Assembly (NCBI GenBank): GCA_009103225.1
Contig: RHPI01000026.1
Span: 691,103-755,102, forward strand
Reading direction: 5' to 3'
Length of the DNA stretch: 64,000 nucleotides
From: Chlorokybus atmophyticus
Taxonomy: Eukaryota > Plantae > Mesostigma and Chlorokybus algae
Part shown: positions 13,214 through 27,357 of the stretch, piece by piece
How positions within the stretch are numbered: position 1 is the stretch's first letter
How the letters are laid out: each line of letters starts with the position of its first letter
Translations under genes and position numbers: made by a program
The notes under the pieces: model-generated
Seen by the model: the letters and a program-made list of their open reading frames with translations, nothing else
Told to the model about the DNA's origin: nothing
The model's database searches: none

Positions 13214-13750
13214 CTATTGCGGTTTGCGAGCTGTGATTACAGCAAACTTTATCAATCCCCTCTGATACCCCTGCACCATCAGGGCCATGACCAGCGCGCC
13301 CCTGATCGTGGTCCAACCTGCGCCAACATGACATGACATCTCTCCACACCACACGCCGACAACATACGATAAACTGGTGTACACGCTAGCAAGCATGCCT
13401 GAAACAGCTGGTTGTGTGTACCTGATCTCAGCAGTCCAATGAAGCCCTGAGGGGTAAGGGCGGACTTGATGACTGCCGGCCAGAAAGGCGACACCTCTTT
13501 GGACCAATCAGTCGTGCGTATATCCTGCAAACGGCATCAAACACAGTGAAAACAAGCCCACAAACAAAAGCACACGCACCACACATGACACACGCACGCA
13601 CGCACGCGCACAGGCACAGGCACGAACGCACGAGCGCGTGCTCAAACATACCTCTAAACCCAGATCGCTAGCAATGCGCGCATAATCCGACGTCGAGCAC
13701 CACGCCGGCAAGTAGTAAGCGTCGCATATCCGTTTCAACAAGTCCTGTTT

Positions 13751-13781
<31 letters not shown>

Positions 13782-15723
13782 ATTGTCATGCACAGCTGAT
13801 AGTATCGGCCATGTTAGAACAACATCCTTCTTCTTGCCATAATCACCTGTTCCCAAGGCTGGAGAGACTTCTCCCCAGGAGCCAAATCTCGATGGCACCA
13901 AGTCACAATGAGTATCCTCCCTCCCGGCGCCGCCACACGCGCGAGCTCCCCAACAAACTGTGACACAACACCGGGCTTGTATGCCTTCTTGTGCATGCAG
14001 ACACTCATGTGGACGTGCTGATTGAGTGTGTGCGTGTGCTTGTGCGGACGCGTTTACTGGCAAGCGTGTACACACCTTTCGCTTGTCGGGCATGTGCTCG
14101 CCGCTCTCCATCGAGTACACGAAGTCGAACGAAGCATCTTCAAATGGCTGGTTCAGCGCATCCGCAACCTCAAAAGTGACCTGCGTCATGTGAACATACG
14201 TCACTTAAATACCTCACATGCACAAATGCAATGGCGAGCGCAAAAGATAATGCACAAGCATAAAAGTAAGCATGCGTAAGCACACATGCACACGCGCACG
14301 CGCGTGCACCACACCCGCGTATGCAGGCTCACGCACACACGCACATGCGCGCGCGCATGCACACGTGTGCACACCTACACGCACACACGAACACTTACCC
14401 TGTCGGCCAATCCCCCCTTTGCGGTGATAGCGCGTGCCCGCGCCGCCTGCACGGGGCTCAGCGTGATCCCGACCGCACGCTCGCACGACTCGAAGCGGCG
14501 GGCCAAGTAGCGCGCAGAACCGCCGATGCCGCAGCCGGCGTCAAGAATGCTCCGTGGCTGGGGACCTGACGTGGGGTTTGTGATGAGTGAGAGGAGTGAG
14601 AGGAGCGAGAGGAGTTACTCAATGATGTGTCTAGCATACCGCGTGCGCGCGTGAGTGAAGTAAATTCTGCTTGCACACACGACTGGATGAATGTGTATGT
14701 GCGCGAGCATACTCGCACAACCTTGCGTGCGTGCGTGCGTGCGTGCTTGTGCTTGTGCACCAGCGCGTGTAGGTGCATGCTCGTATGCATGTGTGTGCAT
14801 GCATACGCAATTGCGTGCGTATTAGGAAGTGTGAGTGCGCATGCCTGAATGCAATGCTGTTTGCACGCGCACGTGCACTTGTGCATGCGTGTGTGTGCGT
14901 GTGCGTGCGCATACTCATGCACGCATGTTTTGCTCATTGCTAACCGTCGTCAATGCGTGCGAAGGCAAGCGCGCGTTCGATCATTTCGATCTGCGCCTGG
15001 CGATCGTTGGTAGCGGGGCCGCGCACGCCGCCCTCGTAGTACCCGTGGTGCATGTGCTCGCCCCACCTGCGAACAGAATGCCATCACAACGCAGCGTGTG
15101 AAACCAATGCGGGTCAAGACAACAGCCACACAACAACACAAGTGTCGACTCGTTCACTCCAGTTCACCTCGCAGACAACTCTACTGATGTCCAACTTTCA
15201 TAATTGGTGAAAATGCAATTGTGTGCGTATTCTACTACTTGTTGTACTCGTAACATATCTTGCACGATGACTCGAGTTGCTGTCTCAATGTGTATGTGTC
15301 TGTTTCAAGTGTTGGTGCAATGCTGGATGCATGCACGGCTATGCATGTGTCAATTTTCGTCCTGTTCAGTTGTGTCGAGTGCACGTGCTGTTGCGACTAA
15401 ATGCATGCCTATGCTCACATGTCTTCCCAGACGCCGCTGCTGGCGTCATAGAACCCCGCAATGCCCTCCTTGAGCTCCCTGTCGGCGTCGGCCTCCTTGT
15501 CGGCCACCGCCGCAGAGCCAGAGCCACGAGCGGTAGCTGTGGTAGCCACGTGGCGGCTATTGCAGCTTTGCCTGCTGCCCAGCAGCTTAGCCTTAGCCTT
15601 GGCCTGGAGCCTAGCCTCCGCCTGAGGCCTAAGTCCGGCCGCCCTACTCCTTCCGCCAAGCAGCGGACGAAGCAGCAGCACGGAGGATGGTGCTGCGACA
15701 CTGGTGACAACTGTAGAGGCCAT
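13214..15723 (-). CDS. VTE4: Gamma-tocopherol methyltransferase (tocopherol O-methyltransferase), multi-exon, with transit-peptide-like N-terminus
   Basis: Spliced motifs ELKEGIAGFYDASSGVWEDMWGEHMHHGYY, ILDAGCGIGGSARYLA, VADALNQPFEDASFDFVYSMESGEHMPDK, ELARVAAPGGRILIVTWCHRDL, ICDAYYLPAWCS, DWSKEVSPFWPAVIKSAL, LIKFAVITARKPQ*. Confidence 0.95.
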
Positions 15724-16620
15724 CGCCGCCGCCGCCGCCGCCGTGTGGACAGGAGTGCATGCAATGCCGACGTGGCAGTGGCAGAGATCTGCGTGCTGTG
15801 CGCTTTACAACTGGCGGAACGCAAAGTCCACCAAAGCAAGTAAGATATGCTTACAAGGAGTCGTGTTGTGTAGACTCGACGCGAGTTGCCCTTCCGGCCC
15901 AAGAGCATGCAGGCACCGCACACAGCCAATATAACAACATGAAGCCTGCAGCCTGAAATGCGCTTCAATTGGCACTAAGCAGATGCTGCAGTGAGTCATG
16001 CAATTGACATATAGCCTCACTTGTATAAGAGCTGCCTGCAAGGTTACTTGTGCCAATGCATCACTTGCATTTTCTGTACGCACACAAGCAAAGGCAAATA
16101 GATAACGTGGGGGCTAAGGGAGAGCTCACAAACTTAGACCTCTTAAGTTAAGACCGCCCGACCACGAGGACTGAGACTCTTAGGCAGCAACATGCAGGGG
16201 CAGGCAGGCAGTAGACGACAGCAAGCAGTGACAATCCATAGCGCGCAGGAGACAGGGCAACTACTACTTGCATCTTATTGCTTTCACATGGCCACATCAA
16301 ACTGGCCATGGGCATGCTGTTACTAAACACCCCTTTGCTTTCAGCTGCGTTGTGCAATGGCCAATACAACCCGTGCGGTCAGAACCAAAGATACTTGTAC
16401 AATACACAGAACCACTGTATGAATGCAAATTTGCTGTGGGAAGTCATAAAACTGACCAGCAGATTGCGTACAATAAACAGACACAACACTCCTCACCAGC
16501 GCCGCTGTGAGCGCAGTCACACTGAGACTGTGTCAATTGTCAGTTGCTTGGCTTCAATAGCAGCAGTCACAATCAATAACAGCCATCAGGAAACAACACA
16601 TCTCCATGTCCACACGCTCT

Positions 16621-18303
16621 TTACGCGCTTCCCGTACCCTGCAGCAGATTTGCAATGGGCGGCCTATCGACAACACGTCTCCTCCCTCTCACTTGTCTCA
16701 TCTCCAGCGCGGGTCCCAGCACCCACGACGTCGCTGCCCCTCCGATGAGTCCGCCGAGGTGTCCCCAGTTGTCCACTTTGCCGGCCGTCGCGCCGAGCAT
16801 CAGGTTTATCAACACGACGCCGACGAGGGAACGCACCTCGCTCTGCGCAAGACGGCCGAGGATGCGGAGGTTGCGCTTGTAGAACACGAGCAAAGCGCCG
16901 ACGAGGCCAAAAATGGCGGCGGAGGCGCCGACGGAAGGGGGACGGCTGTACCAGTAGCTCACGAAAGAACCTGAATTGCACACGGCGGGTTGTTGCAGGT
17001 AGAAGAGTTGCGTGCATAGCCAAAACTTGACAGACACAAAGACACAGACAAATAGACACGCAGTCAGACACATGCCCGCGCACACACATGCACGCATGTG
17101 TTTTGTATGCAAACGTGCGTGCGCATGGATGTATACAAAAGAAAGGGATGCTACAGGCCATGGAGTGCGAGTTCCATCACTTGTCATGAAAGTTTGACTA
17201 CAAGTGCCATTCAGTGCCAGAGACACACCAACTTGGTAATGCATCAACTCGCGTAGTGCTAGGGAAGAGAACAGAGCACATCATACGAGTTGCTACAAGC
17301 ACGACATCACCTGGCCAGCAGACGACAGCGTGTGTGTACAATTTCAACAAGCGTCGCTCGCCAACATACCTGAGAACGCAGACACGCCATAGATTGCCAG
17401 GAAGCGGCCTGGACCGAACAGGGACTCCACCACCGGGCCAACCGAATTCAGAGAGGTTGAGTTCACCAGCAGATGCATGATGCCACCATGAAGCAGTGCT
17501 GGTGTCAACAGGCGCCACCACTGACCAGCTGCAATCGCTGCATTATCCTGTGATTGGGATAACAAGCAGGTTCTGTGTATGTGTACACGGTATGTATGGC
17601 ATAGCCAACTCAACTCACGTTGCCTTACCTTTGCACCCCAGCGAGTCAGCGCACCTCTGGTCAGTATCTGTGCTGCAAACACCACAATGTTGAGAATGGT
17701 AAACACGTTTGTCAATCGCCGCCGCTGCGTAACACTCCATTCTTTTTCCTCGAGCGGTGGTTTACTCTGCGGCCCTACACCAGTGCAACAACGTGTCGTA
17801 AACGAGTTGTTATAAATTAGGACACACGTCAAGAGGTGGTGCAAAACAGGTGAAGAGGCTTACGCCTTGGGTAGAGGGATGCGGCAATCAACACGGTTGG
17901 CGCGCCGATTGCGTGGGGACTGTGCCAGGGTTGCGGACTGCGCAAAGCACGGCCATGTCTTAGTTGTCTCCGCAAAGCGCGCAGTGCTGGGCGGAACGGC
18001 ACCTGTTGCGCTTACAGCTTGGCTATTGTTTGCATGGAAATGCTGATGCTGCGGATACAACAACTCGCACACAAACGCACGCACGCACTCTCACACCAAC
18101 GGCACACATACACATACACGCGCACACACGTGTGCGGGCGCTTGCGTCCACGAACTCATCGACACAGACGCACACGGTACGCACGCACGCACGCACGCGC
18201 AATGAAGCTATTGTTTACCAGATAACGAGCGCGTGAGCAGGTTGCAGCAAACACGAGTCGCTCCAACCGTGCCTGCGGCCGCAATTGGCATCGTGGTCGC
18301 CAT
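16621..18303 (-). CDS. RBL10: Rhomboid intramembrane serine protease, RBL10-like (probably plastid)
   Basis: GQWWRLLTPALLHGGIMHLLVNS, SVGASAAIFGL (catalytic Ser), VDNWGHLGGLIGG (catalytic His). The start (ATG 18303) and first two exons are inferred with lower certainty. Confidence 0.85.
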
Positions 18304-19143
18304 GGATGTGACCTGCCAAAGACGCATACTGAGCTTCACACGCAACAAAACTTGCAAGTCAAAGGTAAGCGTCACAGTCGGTATAAATCACACAAGACAC
18401 ACGTAAACGAACGGTGGAATGGAACACAAAAAGGGCATGGTCTGCTCACAGCATGGTTGAATTATTTGGCGTGCTAAAAGATTATGTGGCTAGCTGTCGT
18501 GCAGCCACAGAAAGTCCCCTGCCTGTGGAGTGTATAAATAAAAATTGGCAAGCTGCTCACTGCGTCGACTGACTTTGCAAGCGCTACCGTCCAGTAACAT
18601 CCGAGTCGACAACACTGTCACCACGACCATCGGGCCATCAGCAAGCCAATCCTCAGAGAGCAACACAAATCTGCTAGCAGCTGTTCTGAGCAGCAAGCTG
18701 TAGTAGAGACAATCACGACCGAACTGACCTCGGCTGCAAACCGGTCGTCGTCGCCGTTGTCAACGCCCCCACCCGACCAGCCACGTCCATGGTGATGCCG
18801 TCAGCAGCCCAAAGCAGCAAGTTGTAACCAAGCTAGATACTACAAGCAATTCGCCGCCGCCGCCGTCACCGCCGCCGTCACCAGCGTTTGCGCGCACTGT
18901 GCTCTCCACTTCGTATTGAGCACTGTGCTTCAGCTGGTAGGCTTAATTGCCAAAGTGCTTGGAACTGACGTGTTTGGCGCTTACCTGTAGCTATAGCTTA
19001 CAGTTGTGCCATGCATGTCAGCTGGGTGGAAAGTTGACAGGTTGAGCGAAAGAGAGCACGAGGCAAGTCAACGCAAGTGTCGGGCTGACACAGGAGCAGC
19101 TGGAGCTTGAGCATGCGCATTGCATGCTTTGTTCTCCAGAACA

Positions 19144-22100
19144 ATGACCAACAGCGACGGCGCCGAGCTGCAGGCTTTCAGGTCCAGCCATGCGGCGCTG
19201 CTTGCGAGCGTCAACCTGCCTCCGGAGCTCCACCCCAAGCTGCTTGCCAAGCTCAAGGACGAGCGCTTCGACGCCGGCGACTACTTGGCTGTGGAGGAGG
19301 TTGCTGACGATGATGAGGGCAGAGGCAGAGGCAGGCGATGCGTCGTCTCAGCTGAGGAAGGCCTTGCCGCCCACTCGGACGTTTTCCTGGTTGACCATGC
19401 ATGGTCGTTCCGCCTTGAGCAAGCTCGCAAGCAGGTGTGCACAGGTGCATTCATCCACCGCATTGTGCACACGCTTAGCTGCATGCTTGCAATGATAGTA
19501 GCACAAGCAGAGAAAAAGTTGTTTTGCTTGTGCATAGCAACGCTACTGCTAGTCTCTCGGTTCTGTCAATGCCGCTTATTAGTCATGCAATGCAATACAT
19601 GTGCGAAGCTTGTAGAGACATGCGTGTGGTGTGTTTGCATGATGCTTGTGGAGAGGAAGGCTTGTGAGTTGAGGTAATTAGTAACAGTCTAACAGAGTAT
19701 AATCTCACACAAGTTGTAACGCTGCATTGTTGCCACTCCAGCTGGAGGATAACAGGCGGCTGGCGCTGCGGATGGGAGCGTTGATGTCTGTTTTGCACGA
19801 TGAAGAGGTTGCCGAGTTTGAAACCGCGCAGAATGGCGACACGGAAGACAATGCAGCAGACTTCAGTGGCGTTGATGCCGCCGAGCAGAGACTCTCAGAG
19901 GTTTGTTGCATGCATAAGTGATTGTACGCACACGCACGTGCCTGCACGCATTGACTAAGAGACAGCGTTAAGTCTAACCCATGTGTGCATGCAGGCGGAG
20001 CAGAGTGGGGACGTGCAATGGCTCGAGTTGGATGAATGCAACCTGGATGATGCAGCATTGCAGCAGCTGGATTTGCCCAGGCGATGTCCGGTACAACATT
20101 TTGCAAATGTCCTTCTCGTGTGCATATGCTTGTGCTTGCATGCCAACTTGCTGTTGTGCTTAAGCGCTGCGATTGATAGTGTTACAACAGTTGTTGTGTT
20201 TATATCACAGAACCTTGTGGCGCTGTCGCTTTGGGGAAACAAGCTGCAAGACGAGAAGGTTGTATTAGACTGCTTGAGCAGATTACCGGACAGTTTGCGC
20301 GCTTTGTGGCTCAACAACAATCCCATCATGCTGAGGTACATGCAACCCACCTTGTCGTCATTGCCAGTGCAAACAGCACCTGACTTCGATCACTGTGCTC
20401 ACAGTGAAGGTTTTGATGCGAAAGTCTTGCAAGCATTGCCGTCTTTGCAGCTGCTCAACAGCAAGTTCACAGCCAACTACGACGTGTGGGCCATTGGCTA
20501 CTGCGCGGATGTCTGCGGTCCCGACTCGCCATTGCTCGCAGTGGATGCATTGGCGGAGGTGGAAGAGTTGGACCTTTCCGACCGCGGCATCAATGTCCTC
20601 AAACCAGAGGTATTAATGTTGCTGTGAATGTGACGGGAGATGTGAATGCTTAACATGCATAAGGGACACGCATACACACGCGCACACGCAGACATTCGCA
20701 TGAATACATATGCGCACAATCACACATGCGCACAGATACACACACACACTCTTCAGCACATGTGAAAGCATTTGAAATTTGTTCCCTTAAGTCATATCTG
20801 TTTGTGCAGGTTTTCAGTGCAAGTCTTCTCCCAAGCCTGAAGTCACTCAACTTGCGAGGCAACTCTCTGTCAGAGCAGTCACCGGACAGCTTTGGCAACG
20901 AGGTTTTGTGCACATCACAATTGCACCATCTGTCGGTGGACATACCCGGACCGTCTGGTGCTTCATTCCAAGATGTGGTTGCCAATCTAAGCCTGAAACA
21001 CCTTGAAAGACTCAATGGAGTCCCTGTTGATGAAATTGCATCTGGAGACAGCAACGGTGTGGTGAGTGCATGTTTGATGGTGTGTCTGTTGATGTGTTGG
21101 CTCTTGGCAGCAGATATGATGACAGGAAACATTTCCCTTATCGTAGGTTGCAAAGTATGTGCCATGGCCAGCGGACTTATCCGGCTCCCTTCCCGAGCGC
21201 GTTGCTTGCGCAATGTGGAGCTTTTTGCAAATGTACAGGCTGTCCACAACCGATGCTTCAGATGCAACACCCATCTGGTGAGCTTGCGGATAGTGCTTGC
21301 TCTTTATTGGGTGCTATCACAATTTGTATTACACTCATGCACTTACAAACTGAGTCTATGTCTTGCAAGGCAGTCTTTATGAGAGCTTATATTGCTGTGT
21401 GAGCGACTTGCATGCATGCATGCATGCATGCATAAACCATAAACCACTTGGTTATCACAAGCTGCATATGCAATGCAGGTATGTTATGGACGAGTTGGGT
21501 TCGGCTTTGCGACACAGCGATGAGCCCAACTTCGCTTGCGCTCCCTTCATGTACTTGCCTGACGGAACTCTGAACTCAGCTATCAGGTGCGCACGTTGTC
21601 AGAAGTACACATACACGTGTTTCAATGCATCACAGCGTGTAAATGATATATTTTGTGTGCTGTGGTCAGCTACTCAATCATCTGGCCGATTCATGACATC
21701 GGGCAAGGCGAAGATTGCACCAGAGACTTCCTGCCTGGCATTGTTGAGTCGCAACAGCGGTCTGCTCGGCTTTGCGCGTGGTTTCAAGCCGACCTGACTC
21801 AGTACCAAAAGGTGAGAGAGTAGAAGCTTATTCACTCATGCATGCGCGCATAATGTGCCTTGTAGTGACCTTAGGTGCATTATGCATGCAGTCATGCATG
21901 AAGCCTGTAAGTTGGTCACACAGCACCTAATAGAGCTGTCCTGCAGGCATACGATGATTATTGTGTCAAGCTTGCTGCGACAAAGTTGCCTGGTGTTCAA
22001 GCGCCAGCCGGCGCCGCCACAAAGAGTGTGCTCGCTGAAAAACCAGCAGGAAGCAAGCTGAAGATCACAACGGACATTGATCAAGTTCAAGAGTACCTCA

Positions 22101-24257
22101 AGCGGCCAGAGTTTGAAATTGGTAACAACCATATGCATGTATAACTTTGCCGGATGCGCTTGCATTCGATTATCATACACACGTTGATGTTTCTGCAGTG
22201 GACAGTGTATCGGATGCAGACATCATCTGGGCGGGAGAACAGGTCAGTGGGTCGCTCAGTTCTTGATTAATGTGTGACACACACGCACACATGTTTTTAC
22301 AGCTGCAACTCATGTGTGCGTTCCAGGTTGATGAGGAGTTCTGCCATAAACACGGAGTCACACCTCAGCAGTACGTCAATCAGTTTCCTTTTGAGTCTTG
22401 CCTTGTCATGAAGCACCATCTGGCTACAACCGTCACACAGGCAGGGAGTTCTTTGCCTTTTTTTCCCACAACATGGTCATGTTGTGTTCGTAACAACACG
22501 AATATGTCACTGCAAAAGGCCTCATCTCATACACACAACTATCTGCTGTGCAGGCGTACGGGCTCGTGCCTTGGCTACAGCCGACATACGAGCTTGCAAC
22601 AGAGCTGCCGGCGTTTATTGGCGACTACACACGACGCAGGTTGAGCGAGGGTGAAGACAACACATGGATCGTAAAGCCCGTCAACATGGCCCGCAGTTTG
22701 GACCACACTGTGACTCGCAGCCTGCCAGCTGTGATCAGGTTCTTGCCAAGTGTTGTGGTACTGTATTAGTAATTCATGGGTGATGGGGTCTAACGAGCTT
22801 GGTCTTTATCATTTTGTAGGTTGATGGAGACTGGTCACAAGATATGCCAAAAGTACATTGAAAGCCCTGCGCTTCTGGAAGGCAGGTACACACTCCCCCA
22901 AAGATTCAAAGCGTGCATTGTTGCGTGCAACAATATGTTACTCTCACTGCCCGCTCAATTGGCAAAACCATCAGCTGGTTGTTTCAATATTTCTTTGCGT
23001 AGTATGGTTGCACACCAACGGTAGTATACTTTATACGTTGTGATAAACGGTTCCAATAACAGTTGGATCACGCCATGCACGGCTGTGGGTTCACGTGTTG
23101 CTTCTGATGCAACAACTGCAGGAAGTTTGACTTGCGTTACATCGTGCTTGTGAGAAGCATCCAGCCATTGGAGGTGTTTGTCTACAACGTTTTTTGGGTG
23201 AGCAACAAGAGGACGTCGTGTTGAAGTTGTTGTGCTACATGTTGTGCCACAATCTTCTGTACTGATATAGCAAGTGTGCAGACAAGGTGGTCCAACAACC
23301 CGTACCGGACAGATGACGCGAGCCTGGATGACTTTGAGACTCACTTCACATACATGGTACGGCGCAGTTCATGTTTTCAAGCCTACGGCTATATAGCCAT
23401 GTCACCAATCGGCGGAGTGCAACTGCAAATTGTAGCCTGCGTGCATGAATTTGTCTTGTGACATTTGACAACGTCTCCAAGTCCCAGCAATGGCACTACA
23501 AGGCACAGATGCCTCGACCTCAAATCCATGTCTTTTTCAGGGCTATTCCGGTCGCCCGATGCAACAGCTGAACGCTGCAGAGTTCATGGACAAGTTTGAG
23601 ACAGAGAACTCAGGTGAGTGAGTGAGTTTGTAACTTCACGCACGGTGAGTGCAGTACTATAATGTTACCTCGCGTTCTTGAGACTCTTTCTGATGAGGGC
23701 ACAGTCAAGTGGTTGGACGTTCATGAGAGCATCTGCAACATGCTGCGCTCAATCTTCCAAGCCGCTGCTGGGTTGTATCCTGCGATGCATAACGAGCGCG
23801 CAAGGGCCATATACGGCGCTGACATCATGCTTGACGCCCAGCTTCAGCCGAAACTTCTGGAGGTATGTAGCTGTCATGTGTTTGAAGTTTGTTCTTCATT
23901 ATGCGTGCAATGGCTTCCAGCAGTAGTCAATAGTGTTGAAGCCAGAAGTAATACCACCGTCCTGCAAGCCAACACTACTTGAGTGTTTGTGGGCATACCT
24001 GTTTACCGATTCGATCCAAGTATACATGCGCTAGTATGCTTGATGATGCCATGCAACGGGCAAGTTGCAGCTGCTTATGTCCTTGATGTAACGAGCTTTG
24101 CACATGGCAGGTGACGTATTGTCCGGACTGCGACCGCGCATGCTTATACAACACTGAAGATGTCTTCCGACAAGAAGTGAGGGGTGCCGACTTCTTCAAT
24201 GACGTCTTTGGTTGTTTGTTTTTGGATGAATCGAAGAATGTCACGCGCATCTATTAG
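19144..24257 (+). CDS. TTLL12: Tubulin-tyrosine ligase-like protein 12, plant-type with internal LRRs; many exons
   Basis: [20 protein letters not shown]; LRR segments ([33 protein letters not shown]); [18 protein letters not shown]; [16 protein letters not shown]; [13 protein letters not shown]; ICQKYIE; [11 protein letters not shown]; [15 protein letters not shown]; [13 protein letters not shown]...IY-TAG 24255-24257. Confidence 0.93.
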
Positions 24258-25771
24258 GTGCTTATAAGGTCTTGCAACCAAAAAATGCGTTACTGCGATT
24301 GGTCTTTGCATTGCAACCTTGTGCTGGAATTGCACAAAAATGCGGTGTGGGCCACATGTCGTGAGACACATTGATGGTTGTCAAAGCTTGCTTGTGTTGA
24401 TATAAATAGAAGTGTGCATCAATGCGGAGAGCAATGCGCACATGCGGTCAATGTACATAAATGCGGAGTGCAATTGCCCATGCTTGTGTCTAATAAACTG
24501 CTTCTGTGTCTCACACTATGCCATTCATGCACTAGCACACATGGCAGTCAAGTGCAGTCCCAAACATACAACCACCCACCTTTAAACTTTATTCACCTAA
24601 GGGCCTAGTTAGATGCATAGGCTTTCCAATCAGCAAAGGCGCACACACACAAACACACAGCCCGTGTGGGCAGGTAACCATTGTACTACGTGCATGCTGT
24701 TGGAGCTAACGGGGTAGGGGTTAATGAGTTAGGTAATAGCTAGCAGTAGCCCGGTGGTATGAAGTATTAGCGTGCCATTGTTGACATTGCATGCTGCATG
24801 TTGTGCACGACAGAGCATGTTGTGTTTATCACCATGCATGCGGCTACCCAGCATATTGTCTCTTATACACAACAAACCACACCAGCAGTAGCACTGAAAA
24901 CAAGGGCACCACAATTATTTGGGCTTGGGCCTACTCAAACTGTGTGCACTACCTAAGTGCAGAGGATGTGGGCGGGGGCGGGATCAGCAGCAGCAGCAGC
25001 AGCAGTGCAGGGGATGGACAATGAAATGCAAGCAAGCAGACCTGTGCGCACAATTGTCAGGGTCAGGCCTTGTGTGTCTTCAACGTTTGACAGCAACAGC
25101 AGCAGCAAGGGGGTGGAGGTGTTGCGGAGGCGAGTGCTATGTTGTGCAGTACAAATGAAGCGGCTATGGCGGCTGTCCATGCTGTTGTAGTGGTCTTGCG
25201 CGGGGCATGGCAAAAAGCGCCAAGGGTTGCGTGAGTTAAGGCATGGCGGTAGGCCATTATGATAATACACAATGGTTATTATTGTTAATTAAAGTAGGTA
25301 GTGACAGTAATGCAGTTAGCAGTGGCAGTCCTGATCAATAGCAGCAGTTGAGTTAGTAGTTATTCATGTCCGCGTCACAGTAGATGACACAGATCATGTG
25401 CGGGCAAACACCCTGCTCCGCACACACTGCATAACTACTCACCTACCTCACTCACTTGCGTTGTTCACTAGCACCTAATGGCCATCGATACGTAGAGCCT
25501 TTTGTAGGATACGTTGTAGGCCATCCCTTCCATCTGACACTTTTTTGCCCGCAGCCACCCAGAAATTCATGCATATGATAGCCATATGATCTGTTACCTT
25601 CTCTCTACATTTCAAGATCACTGGCAAGTAGAGCTGGTAGTGAGCGCGCAGCATCTGGCGCTCCACAGGTTCTTATTCAATTCGAAAAATGTGGTGGCTG
25701 GGGCATGCGCGTGCAGTAGCTAAGTGCGTGCCATGTTAGCCCTGTTACGTACATCCCGTAATCAGCCATAG

Positions 25772-26279
25772 TGTAACAATTGGGGCCCGACCACTAGGCT
25801 ATGGTAGTAAAAGACACTACCATGAGTGAGGTCTGTCACAATTTATCCCAATTCGTGACATTCCTCCCCAATTTAACCCGTGAGTTCCTCATGATCCAAT
25901 GAGGCACAAGCCCACGTCGCCGTGTTTGCGGCCGTACCATGATCGGTCTGCCCGCGGCCTGTTGAACCCGGCCCATGATCGGTCCTGACCGACCGAACGG
26001 CCATCCTCGCCGCGCAACCTACCATCGCAGCGCGACCGCTCACGCGGCCTTAGGTTGAACTGGCTCGGCGCGCAGGTCGTGATCCCGCGCCCAGCCTAGG
26101 GCAAGCCGCCCTACATGTTTTTGTTTTTGCCTCGGATCTGCCTCAGTCCCCTACGGAAATTGAACCTGAGACGTCAAGCTCCGTTACCATTGTAACAATT
26201 GGGGCCCGACCACTAGGCTACGGTAGTAAAAGACACTATCATGAGTGAGGTCTGTCACAAATTATCCCAACTCGTGACA
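25772..26279 (-). mobile_element. TRIM (terminal-repeat retrotransposon in miniature), 508 bp
   Basis: 89-bp LTRs at 25772-25860 and 26191-26279 (TGTAAC...GTGACA, a few mismatches). Minus-strand PBS-like TGGTAACGGAGC and PPT GGGGAGGAA abut the LTRs. Flanks catag/cacag are a 4/5-matching 5-bp TSD. No ORF inside. Confidence 0.9.
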
Positions 26280-26581
26280 CACAGCATGCAATGCATAGAA
26301 CATGCATGGTACATGCAGTCAACATCATCACATACAAGCAACAGCATGCATCATTACATAATAACCACCTGTGGTAAACCACTACGTCACTTGCTACTCA
26401 CACTACCACTAGCACATGTGTTCATTGCCACAACTCTTTGTTGTGTTGCAAGTGCTAATAAATTCATACACTTGCGCACAAGCGCCATCCAGCAATTGGT
26501 CTACTACTTGCCACAACTCTCTGTTGTGTTGTAACATACAACTTGTAAGTGCTACTAGTTACATACACTTGCGCACCAGCG

Positions 26582-27357
26582 CCATACATACAGCAGTGCA
26601 ATTGGTCGATTAATTGCCCCAACTATTTGTTGTGTTGTAACTTACAACTTGTAATTGCTACTAGATACACTTGCGCACAAGCGCAATGCAGCAGTGGGTT
26701 TACTAACTGCAGATACATACAGCAGTGCAATTGGTCGATTAATTGCCCCAACTATTTGTTGTGTTGTAACTTACAACTTGTAATTGCTACTAGATACACT
26801 TGCGCACAAGCGCAATGCAGCAGTGGGTCTACTAACTGCAGATACATACAGCAGTGCAATTGGTCGATTAATTGCCCCAACTATTTGTTGTGTTGTAACT
26901 TACAACTTGTAATTGCTACTAGATACACTTGCGCACAAGCGCAATGCAGCAGTGGGTCTACTAACTGCAGATACATACAGCAGTGCAATTGGTCGATTAA
27001 TTGCCCCAACTATTTGTTGTGTTGTAACTTACAACTTGTAATTGCTACTAGATACACTTGCGCACAAGCGCAATGCAGCAGTGGGTCTACTAACTGCAGA
27101 TACATACAGCAGTGCAATTGGTCGATTAATTGCCCCAACTATTTGTTGTGTTGTAACTTACAACTTGTAATTGCTACTAGATACACTTGCGCACAAGCGC
27201 AATGCAGCAGTGGGTCTACTAACTGCAGATACATACAGCAGTGCAATTGGTCGATTAATTGCCCCAACTATTTGTTGTGTTGTAACTTACAACTTGTAAT
27301 TGCTACTAGATACACTTGCGCACAAGCGCAATGCAGCAGTGGGTCTACTAACTGCAG
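26582..27357. repeat. Six near-identical 129-bp tandem units, preceded by degenerate shorter units (about 26410-26580)
   Basis: agatacatacagcagtgcaattgg at 26711, 26840 and onward gives a 129-bp period. The ORF track shows the 43-aa repeat. There are no variable spacers. Confidence 0.95.
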
